From: Chlamydiales bacterium
Lineage (GTDB): Bacteria > Chlamydiota > Chlamydiia > Chlamydiales > VFKH01
Length of the DNA stretch: 64,000 nucleotides
Assembly: GCA_031292375.1 (NCBI GenBank)
Contig: JARLHF010000021.1
Span: 1,785-65,784, forward strand
Reading direction: 5' to 3'
Under the pieces are notes generated by a model. It saw only the letters and a list, made by a program, of their open reading frames with translations, was not told where the DNA came from and ran no database searches. The position numbers and the translations under genes were made by a program. Positions within the stretch are counted from its first letter, which is position 1, and every line of letters begins with the position of its first letter. This document shows positions 18,348 through 28,326 of the stretch, in pieces.

Positions 18348-19532
18348 ATGCCGGTATTTAACTATTTTGCAGTAGATGCAGAAGGTAAAGAGTGTTCTGG
18401 TGCGATAGATGCGCATACAGAGAGAGATGTAAGAAGCGTGCTTCGCTTGCAAGGCCTTGTGTTAACTAAGCTTAAGCAAGTGAAAAGAGAAGCTTTTGTG
18501 CGCTTTACTAAGTTAGAGCTTTTAACGTTTACACAACAACTAAGGCAACTGCTTGAGGCGGGACTTCCTCTGTACGATAGCCTTGTTACTTTAGAAGGGC
18601 AGTTTAAGGATAAAAAATGGCATCGTCTTCTTTTGGGCCTTTGTGAACATATTCAAAGAGGATCATCTTTTTCAAATGCCCTAGAACAATATACACATTT
18701 ATTTGATAGAACCTATATTGCTATGGTAAGAGCTGGCGAGTTAAGCGGTTCGCTGTCTTCTATATTTGTAGAAATTTGTGCTTATTTAGAAAAACAATTG
18801 AAGTTGCAAAAACAAATTATAAATTCTCTTATTTATCCCATGATTCTTTTGGGGTTTGCCTCTATTGTGATTATGCTATTGCTCTTTTTTGTTATCCCCT
18901 CGATAGAAGCGCTTTTTGAATCTAAAGAACTTGAGGGACTCACCTATGTTGTTTTACAGGCAAGTCTTTTTGCAAGAAATTATGGGGATGTGAGTTTATT
19001 GTTTTTGGCATTAGTTATTTCATTTATTTTCTGGAAGAAAAGAGCAATTAAGCAATCAAGAATCACGTATGAGCTTATCTTAAGAATCCCTATGTTGAAG
19101 ATGATATTTGTAAGAGTTGCCCTTGCAAGGTTTTTTAGAACGCTTGCAACTCTTCAAAAAGGTGGCGTGAGCCTTTTAGAAGCGCTTTTTATGAGTCGAG
19201 AAGTCATGAATTTTCCTCCTCTTGAAAAAGTTGTTGCAGATGCGCAAGAAAAGATTGTAGAGGGCAGTAAGTTAAGTATAGAGCTTAAAAAATCCTCTCT
19301 TATCCCTCCACTTGTATACAGGATGCTTGCTGTTGGAGAGGAGTGTGGCAGTAGTGTTGTTACGTATCAGAAAATGGCTGAAATGTATGAAGAAGAAGTA
19401 GAAAAAAATATTGCTCGTTATACAGCGATAGCTCAGCCGATTATTTTAATTTTTATGGGAGCTGTTGTTGGAATTGTTATGCTGGCAGTCCTTTTGCCAC
19501 TGACAGATACGAGCATCTTAATGGGAGAATAG
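18348..19532 (+). CDS. gspF: type II secretion inner-membrane platform protein GspF
   Basis: 394 aa with two T2SSF repeats (FSNALEQYTHLFDRTYIAMVRAGELSGSL and LSIELKKSSLIPPLVYRMLAVGEECGS) and 3 TM segments. Confidence 0.9.
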   Translation: MPVFNYFAVDAEGKECSGAIDAHTERDVRSVLRLQGLVLTKLKQVKREAFVRFTKLELLTFTQQLRQLLEAGLPLYDSLVTLEGQFKDKKWHRLLLGLCEHIQRGSSFSNALEQYTHLFDRTYIAMVRAGELSGSLSSIFVEICAYLEKQLKLQKQIINSLIYPMILLGFASIVIMLLLFFVIPSIEALFESKELEGLTYVVLQASLFARNYGDVSLLFLALVISFIFWKKRAIKQSRITYELILRIPMLKMIFVRVALARFFRTLATLQKGGVSLLEALFMSREVMNFPPLEKVVADAQEKIVEGSKLSIELKKSSLIPPLVYRMLAVGEECGSSVVTYQKMAEMYEEEVEKNIARYTAIAQPIILIFMGAVVGIVMLAVLLPLTDTSILMGE

Positions 19533-19534
19533 AG

Positions 19535-19888
19535 ATGAAAAAAAGAAAAAGTGCTGTAACAATGATAGAGATCATGATTGTGATATTTTTGATTGGAATC
19601 ATTGGTGGTGTTTTAGCTTATAACTTTAAAGGAAGTTTAGATAAGGGAAAAGAGTTTAAAAGCAAAGAGGGTGCAGATCGGATACATAACATATTGATGC
19701 TTGCTGTTGCAGAGGGTACAGATATTGAAGAAGTTAAAAAAGATTGGGAGGCTTTTGTTAGGAAATCCCCTCTTGCTGGTAGGCCAGAGGATCTAATAAA
19801 GGATGGTTGGGGAAAACCCTACACGGTTACAGTGGAGGGAGATGACATCAAAGTCAATAATTCCAAGACAGTAGTAGTAAGTAGCTAA
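19535..19888 (+). CDS. gspG: type II secretion major pseudopilin GspG
   Basis: Class III signal-like N-terminus MKKRKSA/VTMIEIMIVIFLIGIIGG with Glu at +5. DGWGKPY matches the GspG DPWGxPY motif. 117 aa. Confidence 0.85.
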   Translation: MKKRKSAVTMIEIMIVIFLIGIIGGVLAYNFKGSLDKGKEFKSKEGADRIHNILMLAVAEGTDIEEVKKDWEAFVRKSPLAGRPEDLIKDGWGKPYTVTVEGDDIKVNNSKTVVVSS

Positions 19889-20355
19889 TGCGTAGAAAAA
19901 AAAGTTTATCCCTTCTAGAAATACTTTTAAGTGTGTCTTTGTTGAGTGTATCTCTTGGGGGCGTTGGTTTTCAAATTCATAAAATATTAAAGCAAGATCG
20001 TTTTGAAAAGAGCGCATCTCTTATTTTAGAAAAGATCCTTTTTGCTAAAGAGTGTTCTGCAAATTTTGGAACTGATATTACCTTGCTGTTATCACAGAAA
20101 AAAGAGGGTTTATCGTGTGTTATGACATCAAGTAGCCCCTTAATGAACCAAGAAAAGTGGTTACTTGCTCAAGATAAGTTTTTTGATACAATTTCCTCTT
20201 TTTCATTGAATGGTGAAAATAGAGAGCGCCTTAAAATTCAGATTACGAATGGGGGACGAATTGAGAAACGAGGCATATTACAGTTGAATATGAAGGATAA
20301 AAGTGTCGATATTGTTCTTTCACAGAAGCCAAAGCGTGTATCAAAATTATCATAA
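19888..20355 (+). CDS. minor pseudopilin-like protein
   Basis: N-terminus MRRKKS/LSLLEILLSVSLLSV (basic, hydrophobic, Glu +5). Overlaps the gspG stop (ATGA-type junction). Confidence 0.6.
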   Translation: MRRKKSLSLLEILLSVSLLSVSLGGVGFQIHKILKQDRFEKSASLILEKILFAKECSANFGTDITLLLSQKKEGLSCVMTSSSPLMNQEKWLLAQDKFFDTISSFSLNGENRERLKIQITNGGRIEKRGILQLNMKDKSVDIVLSQKPKRVSKLS

Positions 20356-20797
20356 AAAAAGAAAGAGTTCTTTTTTGCTTTTAGAGATGCTTGTTGCGAT
20401 AACGATCGCTCTTTTGTGCATTGTTCCGCTTTTAGTCTCGCATGTACGTCTTTATCAAGAAGAAGCAAAATGGTTTGAACAGGTTCAGTTAGAGAGGTGG
20501 GCCGATCTTTCTTATTTGGAAGTCTCTGAAATCGTTCAAGAAAGCCCAGAGCTTGTAAGAAAGAAAGGTGTTGTACAGTTTTTGCAGAGCCCTGCAGAGG
20601 TGTATTTAGGTCATGGAAAAATGCTATTATTTGAGCGTTCCTACGTCATTAAAGATGCGCCAAAAGCAGAAGAGAATCTTCAAACAGAGAGTGGGTTGAA
20701 TATTATTGATTTGGATATTTTATTTTCCCTTAAAAAGTCAAAGGAAAGAGTTTACGCCTATCCTTACAGGTTTATTGTAGATTATGAAAAAAAATAG
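20303..20797 (+). CDS. minor pseudopilin-like protein (start uncertain: GTG 20303 or GTG 20336)
   Basis: Contains HKKRKSS/FLLLEMLVAITIALLCIV, a pseudopilin-type N-terminus. Overlaps the previous gene. Confidence 0.55.
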   Translation: MSILFFHRSQSVYQNYHKKRKSSFLLLEMLVAITIALLCIVPLLVSHVRLYQEEAKWFEQVQLERWADLSYLEVSEIVQESPELVRKKGVVQFLQSPAEVYLGHGKMLLFERSYVIKDAPKAEENLQTESGLNIIDLDILFSLKKSKERVYAYPYRFIVDYEKK

Positions 20798-21416
20798 CAT
20801 AACTTTAATTGAAGTGCTCATCACTTTGAGTTTATTTGCTTTGCTCTCTACAATGCTGTTCTCAAATTATCTGCAGTCTGTATTTTTTACTCAAGAAAGT
20901 GAGCGTTCTAAGAAGATTACTACAGAACAGATGTGGGCATATCACAGGATTTCTACGACGCTTGGTGCTTTAGAAATCGATGAGAAAGATATATTATTTT
21001 TTACAGATAAAAAGGGGGCACTTGTATTTTCTTTTGATAATGGTATCGATAAAAATCCAAGTTATTCAGGAAAAGTAAAGGGTACGCTCTCTTTTAAAGA
21101 TAAAGCTCTCTATTTGAATACAAGACCGCTTTCACAGAGAAGTGGAGGGAGAACAGAAGTACTTCTTGAATCTGTTGAATCATGTGAGTTCGAGTTTTAC
21201 ACGCCCCCTGCACAAACATTTTTACCGGTGAATACAGAGACTATCAATAAAGATATTCTACCCCCCTTAGGTTATTCTTATGAGTGGCTTAAAGACTTTA
21301 AAACTATTCCTCAAAGTGTAAAAATTATTGTCGTTCAAAATGTAAATGGATGCTTAATTAAATTGTCATTTCCTGTTCTTTTATCTGCGCCTGTAATTTG
21401 TGTGAGGAAAAGTTAG
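20784..21416 (+). CDS. minor pseudopilin-like protein
   Basis: MKKNS/ITLIEVLITLSLFALLSTMLF pseudopilin-type N-terminus. 210 aa. 14-nt overlap with the previous gene. Confidence 0.6.
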   Translation: MKKNSITLIEVLITLSLFALLSTMLFSNYLQSVFFTQESERSKKITTEQMWAYHRISTTLGALEIDEKDILFFTDKKGALVFSFDNGIDKNPSYSGKVKGTLSFKDKALYLNTRPLSQRSGGRTEVLLESVESCEFEFYTPPAQTFLPVNTETINKDILPPLGYSYEWLKDFKTIPQSVKIIVVQNVNGCLIKLSFPVLLSAPVICVRKS

Positions 21417-22411
21417 TGGTAGTGATTGTTTGGACACTTGGTTTTTTGATGCTCTTTTCAACAGCGACCTACTTCCGCATAGAAAATTTTCAAATGACAG
21501 ATGCGCGTTTTAAAGTCTATTTGGGAAAGAAAGATGCGATAAGAGATGCAAATCTTATGGCTCAACGTATGGCTGTAGAGGTTCATAAAGAAACAAGAGG
21601 AGAAAATAAATCTGAGGGAGAAAAAAGGCCGAGATCTACTCCAAATAAGAAATTACTCTATTTAGAATTTCCTGAATTTAACGCTAAGCTAAATCTTAAA
21701 AAAGTTTTTAACGAATATTCTCAGGGAATACAGCAAATGGAAAAGGATGGGTATTATCAAGTATTTATCCGCCTTCTTGATGGACTGTATGGTGATCATT
21801 TATTTTTTAATCAGAATAAAAACACATCTCATAGGCTAGCAGAAGCCCTGATGGAAAAAATAACATTCAAGCCAGATCCTCATAAAATAGAATTAAAGTC
21901 TACTTTAGACCTTGCAAGTGTTGACTTGAAAGATGTGGAATTACAAGAAGTTTGGTATGAGGTTTTAAAAGGCACAGAAAGCAGAAAAGATGATAGAAGT
22001 AAGGGCGCTTACCCTTCTTTATTAGAGTTTGTAACTATAGAAGAGCATCACAAAAAAGGTATAATCAATATCCATTTTGCCTCTGTTGAACTGCTTACTG
22101 CGCTTTTTAAGTGCGAAAAAGCTGCTTTGGAAATTATTGCAAGAAGAGAATATTTGCACAAACAGGGTGAGCGGCATACTAAAAGTAAAAAAGCCTTTCT
22201 TGTTACAGAGGACTTTTTAAAAGAAGAGGATGTAAGAGCTATTTTAGAGGAGCATCATTTGCATTGGGAGCACTATAAGTCATGGCTTGATTTAGGTGTA
22301 AGAAGGCCCGATAAGGATACACTATCTTCTGGCTTTTTAGCTACAGGAGAGGGTAAAAAAGGTACATTCCTTGCAAAACAGAAGATCCCTAAGCTTCCTA
22401 AAAACCTATAG
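21398..22411 (+). CDS. T2SS-associated protein, possible GspK analogue (start TTG 21398 or GTG 21416)
   Basis: 337 aa with a single N-terminal TM (VVVIVWTLGFLMLFSTATYF). Last gene of the co-oriented, overlapping gsp block. Size and position fit GspK, but no motif was recognised. Confidence 0.4.
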   Translation: MCEEKLVVVIVWTLGFLMLFSTATYFRIENFQMTDARFKVYLGKKDAIRDANLMAQRMAVEVHKETRGENKSEGEKRPRSTPNKKLLYLEFPEFNAKLNLKKVFNEYSQGIQQMEKDGYYQVFIRLLDGLYGDHLFFNQNKNTSHRLAEALMEKITFKPDPHKIELKSTLDLASVDLKDVELQEVWYEVLKGTESRKDDRSKGAYPSLLEFVTIEEHHKKGIINIHFASVELLTALFKCEKAALEIIARREYLHKQGERHTKSKKAFLVTEDFLKEEDVRAILEEHHLHWEHYKSWLDLGVRRPDKDTLSSGFLATGEGKKGTFLAKQKIPKLPKNL

Positions 22412-22571
22412 CTCTTAGTTCTGGTATTCGAGAAATAGGGTGGTGGTTTTGTCTTGCAACCCAAAGATCATATTTATTTTGTAGATTAAGCCAAAATTCT
22501 GGGGATGTTCCGAACGCATCAGCAAAATCTAAAGCAATAGCCTCTGTAATCCTCCTTTTAGCGCTTCTAAT
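22398..22571 (-). pseudogene. higA: 5'-truncated HigA/XRE-family antitoxin remnant
   Basis: The minus strand reads (TAG)IRSAKRRITEAIALDFADAFGTSPEFWLNLQNKYDLWVARQNHHPISRIPELRAIGF*. The RxIT-x7-AxAFGTSxEFWLNLQxxYDL block is the C-terminal half of the HigA HTH domain. There is no start codon, the ~45 N-terminal residues are missing, and a stop lies immediately upstream. Confidence 0.6.
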
Positions 22572-22589
22572 CTATTTGAAGGTGGTATT

Positions 22590-23831
22590 TTAAAGACTAA
22601 TGTCCCAAGGAAGAGCGTAATCATTTTCGGAAAGTGGATAAAAAGATTTGGAGAGGCAAATAACCAATCCTTTCTCTATTTTAAGATGGGGATATGTTTT
22701 TCTAAATGCTGATAGACCACTTGTATCGCTTTTAGAAGGATGAGACTTAGATTTTATTTCTATAGGATAGTACACACCATTTTTTTCAATAATGAGGTCA
22801 CATTCAGCACCTCCATGGGTTCTAAAATGATAGAGAATAGAAGGGTCTCCATTAGATAATAATTGTTTGCGGATTTCGTTGATAACAGCCGTTTCAAAAA
22901 GAGAGCCCCACAAAGGATGTGAACCAATAGCATTGGGTGTGCTGATAGCTTGGGAAAAGCATACTTGGCCTGTGTCAGCAAAATATCCTTTGGGCTTTGT
23001 ACTGACCCTTTTGAGTGCGTTCATGGAAAAGGCAGGAATTTCATGCCACTCGAAAATTTCTTTTAATAGAGTGAGCCATCTGCGTGCTGTTTCATTAGAA
23101 ATACCTAAATCGCGCCCCATTTCTTGGTAGTTTATTTCTTGAGCAGTAAGAGCTGCAGCTAGACGGACAAATCGTGTGAATTGATGCAGGTCGGGTATAT
23201 TTGCTAATAATCGAACATCTTTTTCAATATAAGTTTTTTGGTATGTAGCATGAAAAGCTTGAATAAGATCTAGGGGCAGAACTTGGGTTTCGGGAAGAAA
23301 CCCTCTCCATAATTGCTCATATGTTGAGATGGGTAGTTGCAAAAAACGGATGGGATTTTTTACAAAGTCTTCAGGAGATTCAAGCCATTGATTTAGCCAT
23401 GCGTTTTTTGTTCTATTCGCTGCAATTTCATTTAGAGCAAAGGATTCTAGTTGAATAATGACAGTACGGCCAGTTAAGCTTTCAGCTGTCTGTTTCATGA
23501 TACCCCATTGTTGAGAACCTGTGAGGATATATTGTCCAGGAGTTCTGTTTTCATCAATGCGCTGTTTGATACTCGAAATCAACTCAGGGGCATATTGTAC
23601 TTCATCAAGAATGAGCGGTGTTGAATGATTGTTTAAAAAGAGATCGGGATCTTTCCTAGCATTTTCAATGTCTTCATAGGGATCAAACAGTACATAAGAG
23701 TAATTTGGAAATAAAGTTTTTAGCAAAGTGCTTTTACCTACTTGCCGAGCTCCAACAAGGACTACACTCGGGAAATAGTGAAGCATACGTTTTATGCGAT
23801 CTGTGATATCTCTTGGAATATATTTTTCCAT
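22590..23831 (-). CDS. AAA_14/DUF4143-family ATPase
   Basis: 413 aa. Walker A VLVGARQVGKSTLLK, Walker B LILDEVQY. The C-terminal half has the typical DUF4143 layout ending with a restriction-endonuclease-like region (ECDLIIEKNGVYYPIEIK). Confidence 0.8.
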   Translation of the reverse strand: MEKYIPRDITDRIKRMLHYFPSVVLVGARQVGKSTLLKTLFPNYSYVLFDPYEDIENARKDPDLFLNNHSTPLILDEVQYAPELISSIKQRIDENRTPGQYILTGSQQWGIMKQTAESLTGRTVIIQLESFALNEIAANRTKNAWLNQWLESPEDFVKNPIRFLQLPISTYEQLWRGFLPETQVLPLDLIQAFHATYQKTYIEKDVRLLANIPDLHQFTRFVRLAAALTAQEINYQEMGRDLGISNETARRWLTLLKEIFEWHEIPAFSMNALKRVSTKPKGYFADTGQVCFSQAISTPNAIGSHPLWGSLFETAVINEIRKQLLSNGDPSILYHFRTHGGAECDLIIEKNGVYYPIEIKSKSHPSKSDTSGLSAFRKTYPHLKIEKGLVICLSKSFYPLSENDYALPWDISL

Positions 23832-23954
23832 AATATCTTGATATTCTCACATTGCATCTTAAAATATCAAGTAAAAAATAATGTTAAATTCATTAGATAG
23901 GTGGAGTTTTTTTTATTGACGCCTTAAGTAGTAGGCATTAAATATATACACATC

Positions 23955-25640
23955 GTGTTTGAAGTGATTGTTATCTTACTTTTCTTTGTTTTGCTCTGTG
24001 GTTTAGCGCCACTTTTGGGAAAATACATCGCAGATGTGTTTGAAGGAAAGGTCTGTTTTGCAAGGAAAATAGTCGGCCCTATTGAATCTCTTTGTTTTCG
24101 TGTTTGTAGAATTGATGTTAAAGAAGAGATGAACTGGGTTTGCTATGCCAAGAGTCTTGTGATATTTACTGTTTTTGGCTTTATTGCCCTATTTTTACTT
24201 CAGTTGTTTCAACACGTATTGCCTTTAAATCCACAGCATCTGAAGGGCGTTTCTTGGTTACTTGCTTTTAATACTGCTGCAAGCTTTGTTACAAATACTA
24301 ATTGGCAGGCATATGCAGGAGAGACTACACTTAGTTATTTAACGCAAATGCTAGGCCTTACCGTACAGAATTTTCTAAGTGCTGCAAGCGGAATGAGTGT
24401 ATTATTTGCTCTCATACGTGGACTTACACGCAAATCCTGTGAAACTTTAGGGAATTTCTGGTCTGATTTGGTAAGAAGCGTATTATACGTTTTTTTACCT
24501 CTTTCCATTATTTTGGCACTTGTTTTGATAAGTGAGGGAACAATTCAATCGTTATCCTCTTATGTAGAGGTTTCGACACTGGAGGGAAAAAATCAGGTAA
24601 TCCCACAAGGTCCTGTTGCATCACAAGTGGCAATTAAACAGCTAGGGACTAATGGAGGCGGTTTTTTTAATGTGAATAGTGCGCATCCCTTTGAAAATCC
24701 TTCCGCATTTTCCAATTTTTTGGAAGTCTTTGCAATTATTCTGATACCAGCAAGTCTTGTTTTTACTTATGGCAGCTTAACGCAGTCTAAAAGGCATGGA
24801 TACCTATTGTTTGCTGTTATGCTTTTATTTTTTGTTCTTGGAAATAGCATTTCAATGATTTCAAGCCACATCTACAATCCTGTAATAGATATATATCCTA
24901 TTATGGAAGGTGTTGAAACGCGTTTTGGCATCGCTAATAGCACGCTTTGGATCAATGCAACAACTGCTACTGCAAATGGATCTGTCAATACAATGATATC
25001 ATCAGCCTCTCCTTTTGTGGGTGGCATTGCGCTTTTCAATATCATGCTAGGAGAACTTATTTTTGGAGGTGTTGGAGTAGGCCTTTGTAGTATGATTATG
25101 TTTGTATTATTGACAGTATTTTTGTCTGGTTTAATGGTTGGAAGGACGCCTGAGTATTTAGGAAAGAAAGTAGAAAAGCGTGAGATGATCTGGGTTATGA
25201 TTGCAATATTGATACCAGGAGCTCTTATTTTGATAGGATCGGGAATTTCTTTTCTTGTGCCTGCAGCAATAAGTTCTATTAAAAATCAAGGCCCTCATGG
25301 ATTTTCAGAGGTATTGTATGCTTTTGTTTCTAGCGCTGGTAATAATGGGAGTGCATTTGCTGGCCTTAATGTAAATACAAGCTATTATAATAGTGTTTTA
25401 GCAGTTGTTATGTTGCTTGGAAGACTTGGTATTTTAATACCTACGCTTGTTGTTTCTGGTCTTTTAGTCAGAAAAAAAATTACGCCTTTTTCAGTTGGCA
25501 CTTTTTCTACAAGCAGCTTTCTTTTTGCAATACTATTATTTTCTGTGATCATAATAGTGGGTGCATTAACATTTTTTCCTGCTCTTTCGCTTGGACCCAT
25601 TGTAGAGCACTTATTAATGGTTGAGGGGCGCTCATTTTGA
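23955..25640 (+). CDS. kdpA: K+-transporting ATPase subunit KdpA
   Basis: GTG start. 561 aa, polytopic. Selectivity-filter-type motifs [10 protein letters not shown] and [20 protein letters not shown]. Confidence 0.92.
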   Translation: MFEVIVILLFFVLLCGLAPLLGKYIADVFEGKVCFARKIVGPIESLCFRVCRIDVKEEMNWVCYAKSLVIFTVFGFIALFLLQLFQHVLPLNPQHLKGVSWLLAFNTAASFVTNTNWQAYAGETTLSYLTQMLGLTVQNFLSAASGMSVLFALIRGLTRKSCETLGNFWSDLVRSVLYVFLPLSIILALVLISEGTIQSLSSYVEVSTLEGKNQVIPQGPVASQVAIKQLGTNGGGFFNVNSAHPFENPSAFSNFLEVFAIILIPASLVFTYGSLTQSKRHGYLLFAVMLLFFVLGNSISMISSHIYNPVIDIYPIMEGVETRFGIANSTLWINATTATANGSVNTMISSASPFVGGIALFNIMLGELIFGGVGVGLCSMIMFVLLTVFLSGLMVGRTPEYLGKKVEKREMIWVMIAILIPGALILIGSGISFLVPAAISSIKNQGPHGFSEVLYAFVSSAGNNGSAFAGLNVNTSYYNSVLAVVMLLGRLGILIPTLVVSGLLVRKKITPFSVGTFSTSSFLFAILLFSVIIIVGALTFFPALSLGPIVEHLLMVEGRSF

Positions 25641-27754
25641 GAAAATTAAAGAAGCATGCTCAAATTACAGTGATGGATAGAGGCATGATCACGACCTCTA
25701 TAAAAGATGCTTTTTGTATGCTGACACCTCGCGTGCAAATAAAAAATCCAGTAATGTTTGTAACTTATTTGGGAGCTATTATTACAACAATTTGCGTTGT
25801 TCAAGATGTGATGAATAAATATTCTTTGTTGTTTGATTTGCAAATCGCATTGTGGTTATGGTTTACGGTTCTTTTTGCAAATTTCTCTCAGGCAATTGCT
25901 GAGAGCCGTGGTAAAGCACAAGCTGCAGCCCTTAGAAAAACTAAAACAGATACCTTAACAAAAGTTGTGAGCGATGGAAAAACAAAGAGTGTGCTTGCAT
26001 CGCAGCTTAAGTGCGGGGATATAGTTCTTTGTGAAAGTTCAGAGATTATACCTGCAGATGGCGATGTTATTGAGGGCGCTGCTATGGTGGATGAATCTGC
26101 AATTACGGGTGAATCTGCACCTGTCATCAGAGAGAGCGGTGGAGATAGAAGTGCTGTTACTGCAGGAACTAAAGTATTGAGCGATCGCTTACTTATCAAG
26201 GTGACATCAGATGTAGGAAATAGTTTTTTGGATAGGATGATCAATTTAATTGAAGGGGCAAAAAGGCAAAAGACCCCTAATGAGATTGCACTTAACATTG
26301 TGCTTTTTGCTTTGATGCTCATTTTTTTTCTTACCACAAGTTCTCTTAAAGCTTTTGCTGATTATAGCGAAGTTATAGCTGGTCAAGAGCTTGTTTCTAG
26401 GATTTCACTGCCTATTCTTGTTGCGTTATTTGTATGTTTAATTCCAACGACAATTAGTGCACTTTTGAGTGCTGTGGGTATTGCTGGTATGAATAGGTTG
26501 GTTTGTAAAAATGTAATTGCAAAAAGTGGGCGCTCTGTAGAGGCTGCAGGAGATGTGGATTTATTGATATTAGATAAAACAGGCACAATCACAATAGGAA
26601 GTCGCATGGCGCTGCAATTTATGCCCCTTCCTGGTGTGAGCGAATTAGAGTGTGCTAAGTATGCGCAAGCAGCATCTCTTGCAGATGAAACCCCAGAGGG
26701 CCGCTCGATCGTTGTTTTAGCAAAAAATCAATTTGGTTTGAGAGATTGGGATCAAGAGGGGGTATTGTCTCATAAAAAATCTATATTTATTCCATTCAGT
26801 GCCAAGACATGTATGAGCGGTGTCGATTTTCTTGATGAAAAAGGCCTAGTTGTAAGAAGAATAAGGAAGGGCTCTGTTCATGCGATTAAAAAATATGTAG
26901 AAGATTTGGGGGGAACTTATTCTAAACAAATAGATTCTATGGTGGAAGCTGTGGCAAGTCATGGGGGAACCCCCCTTCTTGTTTCTGATGAACATAAAAT
27001 TATTGGCGTAGTTCACCTTAAAGATATGGTGAAAGGTGGTATTAAAGAGCGCTTTATAGCGATGCGCAAAATGGGTATTCGCACGGTGATGGTAACGGGC
27101 GATAATCCTCTTACAGCTGCAGCAATAGCAGCAGAGGCGGGTGTTGATGATTTTATTGCAGAAGCAACACCAGAAATAAAGTTGGATTTAATAAAAAAAG
27201 AGCAAGAAGGAGGGCGCCTTGTTGCCATGACAGGGGATGGAACTAATGATGCACCAGCACTTGCCCAAGCAGATGTGGCAGTTGCTATGAATACAGGAAC
27301 ACAAGCTTCTAGAGACGCTGGCAACATGGTTGATTTGGATAGTAATCCAACCAAGCTCTTAGATATTGTAGAGATTGGAAAACAGCTTTTGATGACTAGG
27401 GGTGCTTTAACAACTTTTAGTATAGCAAATGATGTAGCTAAATACTTTGCGATCATTCCTGCAATTTTTGGAACGCTATATATTGTAAAAGAGAATCAAG
27501 GGCCTCTTTCAGCTTTAAATATTATGTTTCTACATACCTATCAAAGCGCTATTTTAAGTGCTCTTATTTTTAATGCTTTAATTATCATTATACTCATTCC
27601 GCTTGCTTTGAGGGGGGTAAAGTATAAAGCTCAACCAGCAAATGTTATACTTAGAAAAAACATTTTAATTTATGGCCTTGGAGGCATTATAGCGCCTTTT
27701 ATTGGTATTAAATTGATTGATCTAATCATTACATTTTTAGGAATTGTTGTATGA
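25637..27754 (+). CDS. kdpB: K+-transporting P-type ATPase subunit KdpB
   Basis: TTG start overlapping the kdpA stop. [32 protein letters not shown]. 705 aa. Confidence 0.95.
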   Translation: MRKLKKHAQITVMDRGMITTSIKDAFCMLTPRVQIKNPVMFVTYLGAIITTICVVQDVMNKYSLLFDLQIALWLWFTVLFANFSQAIAESRGKAQAAALRKTKTDTLTKVVSDGKTKSVLASQLKCGDIVLCESSEIIPADGDVIEGAAMVDESAITGESAPVIRESGGDRSAVTAGTKVLSDRLLIKVTSDVGNSFLDRMINLIEGAKRQKTPNEIALNIVLFALMLIFFLTTSSLKAFADYSEVIAGQELVSRISLPILVALFVCLIPTTISALLSAVGIAGMNRLVCKNVIAKSGRSVEAAGDVDLLILDKTGTITIGSRMALQFMPLPGVSELECAKYAQAASLADETPEGRSIVVLAKNQFGLRDWDQEGVLSHKKSIFIPFSAKTCMSGVDFLDEKGLVVRRIRKGSVHAIKKYVEDLGGTYSKQIDSMVEAVASHGGTPLLVSDEHKIIGVVHLKDMVKGGIKERFIAMRKMGIRTVMVTGDNPLTAAAIAAEAGVDDFIAEATPEIKLDLIKKEQEGGRLVAMTGDGTNDAPALAQADVAVAMNTGTQASRDAGNMVDLDSNPTKLLDIVEIGKQLLMTRGALTTFSIANDVAKYFAIIPAIFGTLYIVKENQGPLSALNIMFLHTYQSAILSALIFNALIIIILIPLALRGVKYKAQPANVILRKNILIYGLGGIIAPFIGIKLIDLIITFLGIVV

Positions 27755-28326
27755 GAGAAGTCTTGCAAGCTTTAAAAATGTTTATATTATTATCGGTGAT
27801 TACTGGTTTATTCTATCCTTTATTCATTACAGGAGTTGCACAATTGAGCATGAAAGAGAAAGCTAATGGTTCTTTAGCCTATATTCATGAGCGTATTATA
27901 GGATCTTTTTTGATTGCTCAAAAATTTGAAAGTGATCGTTATTTTTGTGCAAGACCCTCTTTTGTGGATTATAATCCAATACCATCTGGAGCTAGTAACT
28001 TGGGGCCTACAAGTAAGGTATTAAAAGAATCTGTAGATACACGTAAGAAGGCTATTTTTAAAAAATATGCCATAACAGATGAAAGCATAATTCCAGTTGA
28101 GCTTCTCTTTACTTCTGGAAGTGGATTAGACCCCCATATTTCGTTAGAAACAGCTTTTTTTCAGGTAGATCATATAGCAAAAGCAAGGGGTATAAAAAAT
28201 CGAGATATACTTGTAAATCAGATTAATCAACTTAAAATAGAGCCAAGATTTGGATTTATTGGAGAGCCTATAGTCAATGTTTTACAGTTGAACCTGGTTT
28301 TAGATGCCTTAAGTGGAGATAAATGA
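27751..28326 (+). CDS. kdpC: K+-transporting ATPase subunit KdpC
   Basis: 191 aa, single N-terminal [13 protein letters not shown] motif. ATGA overlap with kdpB. Confidence 0.88.
   Translation: MREVLQALKMFILLSVITGLFYPLFITGVAQLSMKEKANGSLAYIHERIIGSFLIAQKFESDRYFCARPSFVDYNPIPSGASNLGPTSKVLKESVDTRKKAIFKKYAITDESIIPVELLFTSGSGLDPHISLETAFFQVDHIAKARGIKNRDILVNQINQLKIEPRFGFIGEPIVNVLQLNLVLDALSGDK

Noticed and set aside
23832-23954. kdpF mini-ORF or a KdpE operator upstream of kdpA.
   Set aside because: No short hydrophobic ORF with an RBS is visible in the 123-bp gap. The 9-bp inverted repeat cttgatatt/aatatcaag overlaps the start of the divergent ATPase gene and is too weak to call.
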